Program-made: the position numbers and the translations under genes
Notes under the pieces: model-generated
Databases searched by the model: none
The model's input: only the letters and a program-made list of their open reading frames with translations
Told to the model about the DNA's origin: nothing
In this document: positions 61,979-64,000 of the stretch, in pieces
How the letters are laid out: each line of letters opens with the position of its first letter
How positions within the stretch are numbered: position 1 is the stretch's first letter
From: an uncultured Rivularia sp.
Lineage (GTDB): Bacteria > Cyanobacteriota > Cyanobacteriia > Cyanobacteriales > Nostocaceae
Assembly (NCBI GenBank): GCA_963665115.1
Contig: OY762007.1
Location: 8,416,001-8,480,000, forward strand
Length of the DNA stretch: 64,000 bases
Direction: 5' to 3'

Positions 61979-62909
61979 ATGAAACAAAGACTCGATGTAC
62001 TGTTAGTAGAACTCGGTTTATCTTCGTCTCGTCAGCAAGCGCAACGCTTAATTCAGGCTGGTGAGGTGATGGTTGATAATGAGTTGGTGGATAAAGCGGG
62101 AACTTCGGTTGATGTAGCGGCGGAAATTAGGGTTAAGCAAAAGTCGCGTTTTGTTTCTCGCGGTGGAGAAAAGTTGGCTAAGGCTTTGGATACTTTCGAT
62201 ATTCCTGTAGAAGGGACGTGTTTGTTTGGATGGTGGAATTTCTACGGGAGGGTTTACCGATTGTTTGTTACAAGCGGGAGCCAAGTTGGTTTACGGTATT
62301 GATGTTGGTTACGGACAGGTTGATTGGCGTTTGCGAAATGATGAACGGGTAGTTTTACGCGAACGGACTAATTTACGTCATTTGACTCCGGAAGATTTGT
62401 ATGGATTTGGGGCACAAGGAGAAAAGGAGACAAGGAGACAAGGAGACAAGGGGAAAAGCAAAAGGGATAATAATCAAAAAAATCAAAAAAATTTACCTCC
62501 CCTATCTGAGACAGGGGAGGTTTATGAAAGGGAATTTCCCGATCTGGCTGTGGTAGATGTGTCGTTTATTTCTTTAAATAAAATTTTGCCTGCGCTGTGG
62601 CAACTTCTGCAATCTCCTCGGGAAGCTTTGTTGCTGGTAAAGCCACAGTTTGAAGTTGGGAAAAATCGAGTCGGGAAGAAGGGTGTTGTGCGTAACCCGA
62701 ATGACCAAGCTGATGCTATTTTTCAAGTTTTGCAAACCGCTACAGAGTTAGGATGGTATTACAAAGATTTAACTTGGTCCCCGATAACTGGCCCAGCTGG
62801 TAATATTGAGTATCTTCTATGGCTGGGATGTCAAGATGAGACTATTCCCCTGGATTTATCAGCCGTTAAGCAAATTACTTCTAATGCTGCTGCTAGTTTG
62901 AAACATTAG
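61979..62909 (+). CDS. tlyA: TlyA-family rRNA methyltransferase, with an apparent +1 frameshift at ~62214
   Basis: S4 domain KQRLD, FVSRGGEKL, DGGISTGGFTD, DVSFISL, LVKPQFE, GNIEY. Deleting one G restores EGRVCLDGG. Confidence 0.92.
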
Positions 62910-62921
62910 ACAAAGCTTTCA

Positions 62922-63197
62922 TTAGATATCGTACACCCGACATTCGAGTGCATTTGGATGACGATCGCAATGACTATCCAATGAGTTTTTATTTTGTCTT
63001 GCTTGCTTTTGATGGGATTTCTCTGCTTGCAATTCTTCCACAATATCCCAAGCTACAGCACAGTCACTAGAACTACTTCCGTTTACTTCACAAGTAGAAC
63101 GAGCTTCTGCAACAGCTTCAAGAATAGCTGTTTCAAGATTAACTACGTCTTTTTTTGAGTCAACAGCAGCTTGTACCACTTTTGAACTTTCAGGCAT
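62922..63197 (-). CDS. cp12: Calvin-cycle regulatory protein CP12
   Basis: C..CAVAWDIVEEL and C-x8-CRVYD. Confidence 0.92.
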   Translation of the reverse strand: MPESSKVVQAAVDSKKDVVNLETAILEAVAEARSTCEVNGSSSSDCAVAWDIVEELQAEKSHQKQARQNKNSLDSHCDRHPNALECRVYDI

Positions 63198-63359
63198 TAA
63201 TATTTCCCCTCTACATCCTTAAATGAATATTAACTATATAATTTTATAGCTATACATTCGTTTGCTTTTCAAGTGTAGATATTCTTCCAAGAATCGTGCA
63301 GTAGTAAAAACCGAAATTCAGTTGGGGTGGTTTTGCGATAATTATATGCAATATCAAAA

Positions 63360-64000
63360 TTATACTTTCGATAGTTTTTTTAATTTGATATTTGATACAG
63401 ACTTAAATTCACCTAAGAAGTACTTTCTTGTTACAGAGAAATTAATCATGACTTTATAGATAATATATGAAATAAATAAACTAGCTATTAATCTGATAAT
63501 ACCTTCATTAAAAAAATTACTTTTTTGTAAGCCTAACTGAATAGGTTGATGTAAATACATAATTGCCATTGAAGCAGTACCAATTTGACGGGTAAGGCTA
63601 TCAGTAAACTTGATTTTATTTATTATTTTTGCCAAATATTGAATAATAATAATACCTGAAATAGCTATAAGTAAATTCATGATTGGTATTTCATAGCTTC
63701 TAATTTTCATGTCAAAAGATATGTCAAACAAAAACCACCTATCTAGTAAAAATTGGATCGAATACAGGATAACAGCAGTAAAGACTAGTTTTTTAGAATT
63801 AAAGATAGCAGGTTTTTTAGATACCATATGTCCAAACCAATAAAATGGAAGTGCCATTAACACGACATTAATATTCCAAGGGAAATTAATATCGCTAAAA
63901 AACCAGCAATCAATCATGGCTAAACAATAAAAATTCACCATAATTATGTTTATCAGCCATCGATCGCTGCCAAACTTAGTATAAATGAAATTATATAGCT
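63360..64000 (-). CDS. Acyltransferase-3 (OafA-like) membrane protein, 5'-truncated by the window edge
   Basis: Multi-TM ORF with FPWNI..LMALPF and IG.ASMAIMYLH. Runs toward the window end. Confidence 0.75.
   Translation of the reverse strand, partial: LYNFIYTKFGSDRWLINIIMVNFYCLAMIDCWFFSDINFPWNINVVLMALPFYWFGHMVSKKPAIFNSKKLVFTAVILYSIQFLLDRWFLFDISFDMKIRSYEIPIMNLLIAISGIIIIQYLAKIINKIKFTDSLTRQIGTASMAIMYLHQPIQLGLQKSNFFNEGIIRLIASLFISYIIYKVMINFSVTRKYFLGEFKSVSNIKLKKLSKV

Overview
AT-rich chromosomal window from a heterocyst-forming filamentous cyanobacterium (Nostocales-like; inferred from patX with a DIF1 promoter, gifA-glnA-apcF synteny, HIP1 octamers and heptamer STRR arrays). In order it holds: a ferric-siderophore uptake operon; Hsp20 and USP genes; a ~16 kb signalling locus (two exported TPR-CHAT proteases, an FHA/TpsA-like protein, DUF928, HTH-AAA_35, AAA_35-CHASE2, and two genes sharing one promoter architecture); rtcB and housekeeping genes; a nitrilase-family gene split by a complete IS66-family element whose 3' end folds into a long G-U-supported structure; a collapsed metal-homeostasis cluster; a GC-rich sbtA-sbtB cassette directly behind a decayed cmpA start; tRNA-Pro(GGG); a nested OMEGA locus, in which an intact TnpB element sits between an IscB-type (HEARO) omega RNA and an iscB-like stub; and the patX-methyltransferase-gifA-glnA-apcF-tlyA-cp12 block. 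Several +1 homopolymer frameshifts, including one in glnA, are probably sequencing errors. Many intergenic stretches are scraps of deleted genes plus REP/SDR/MITE repeats. All family calls come from motif recognition by eye; no database search was run.
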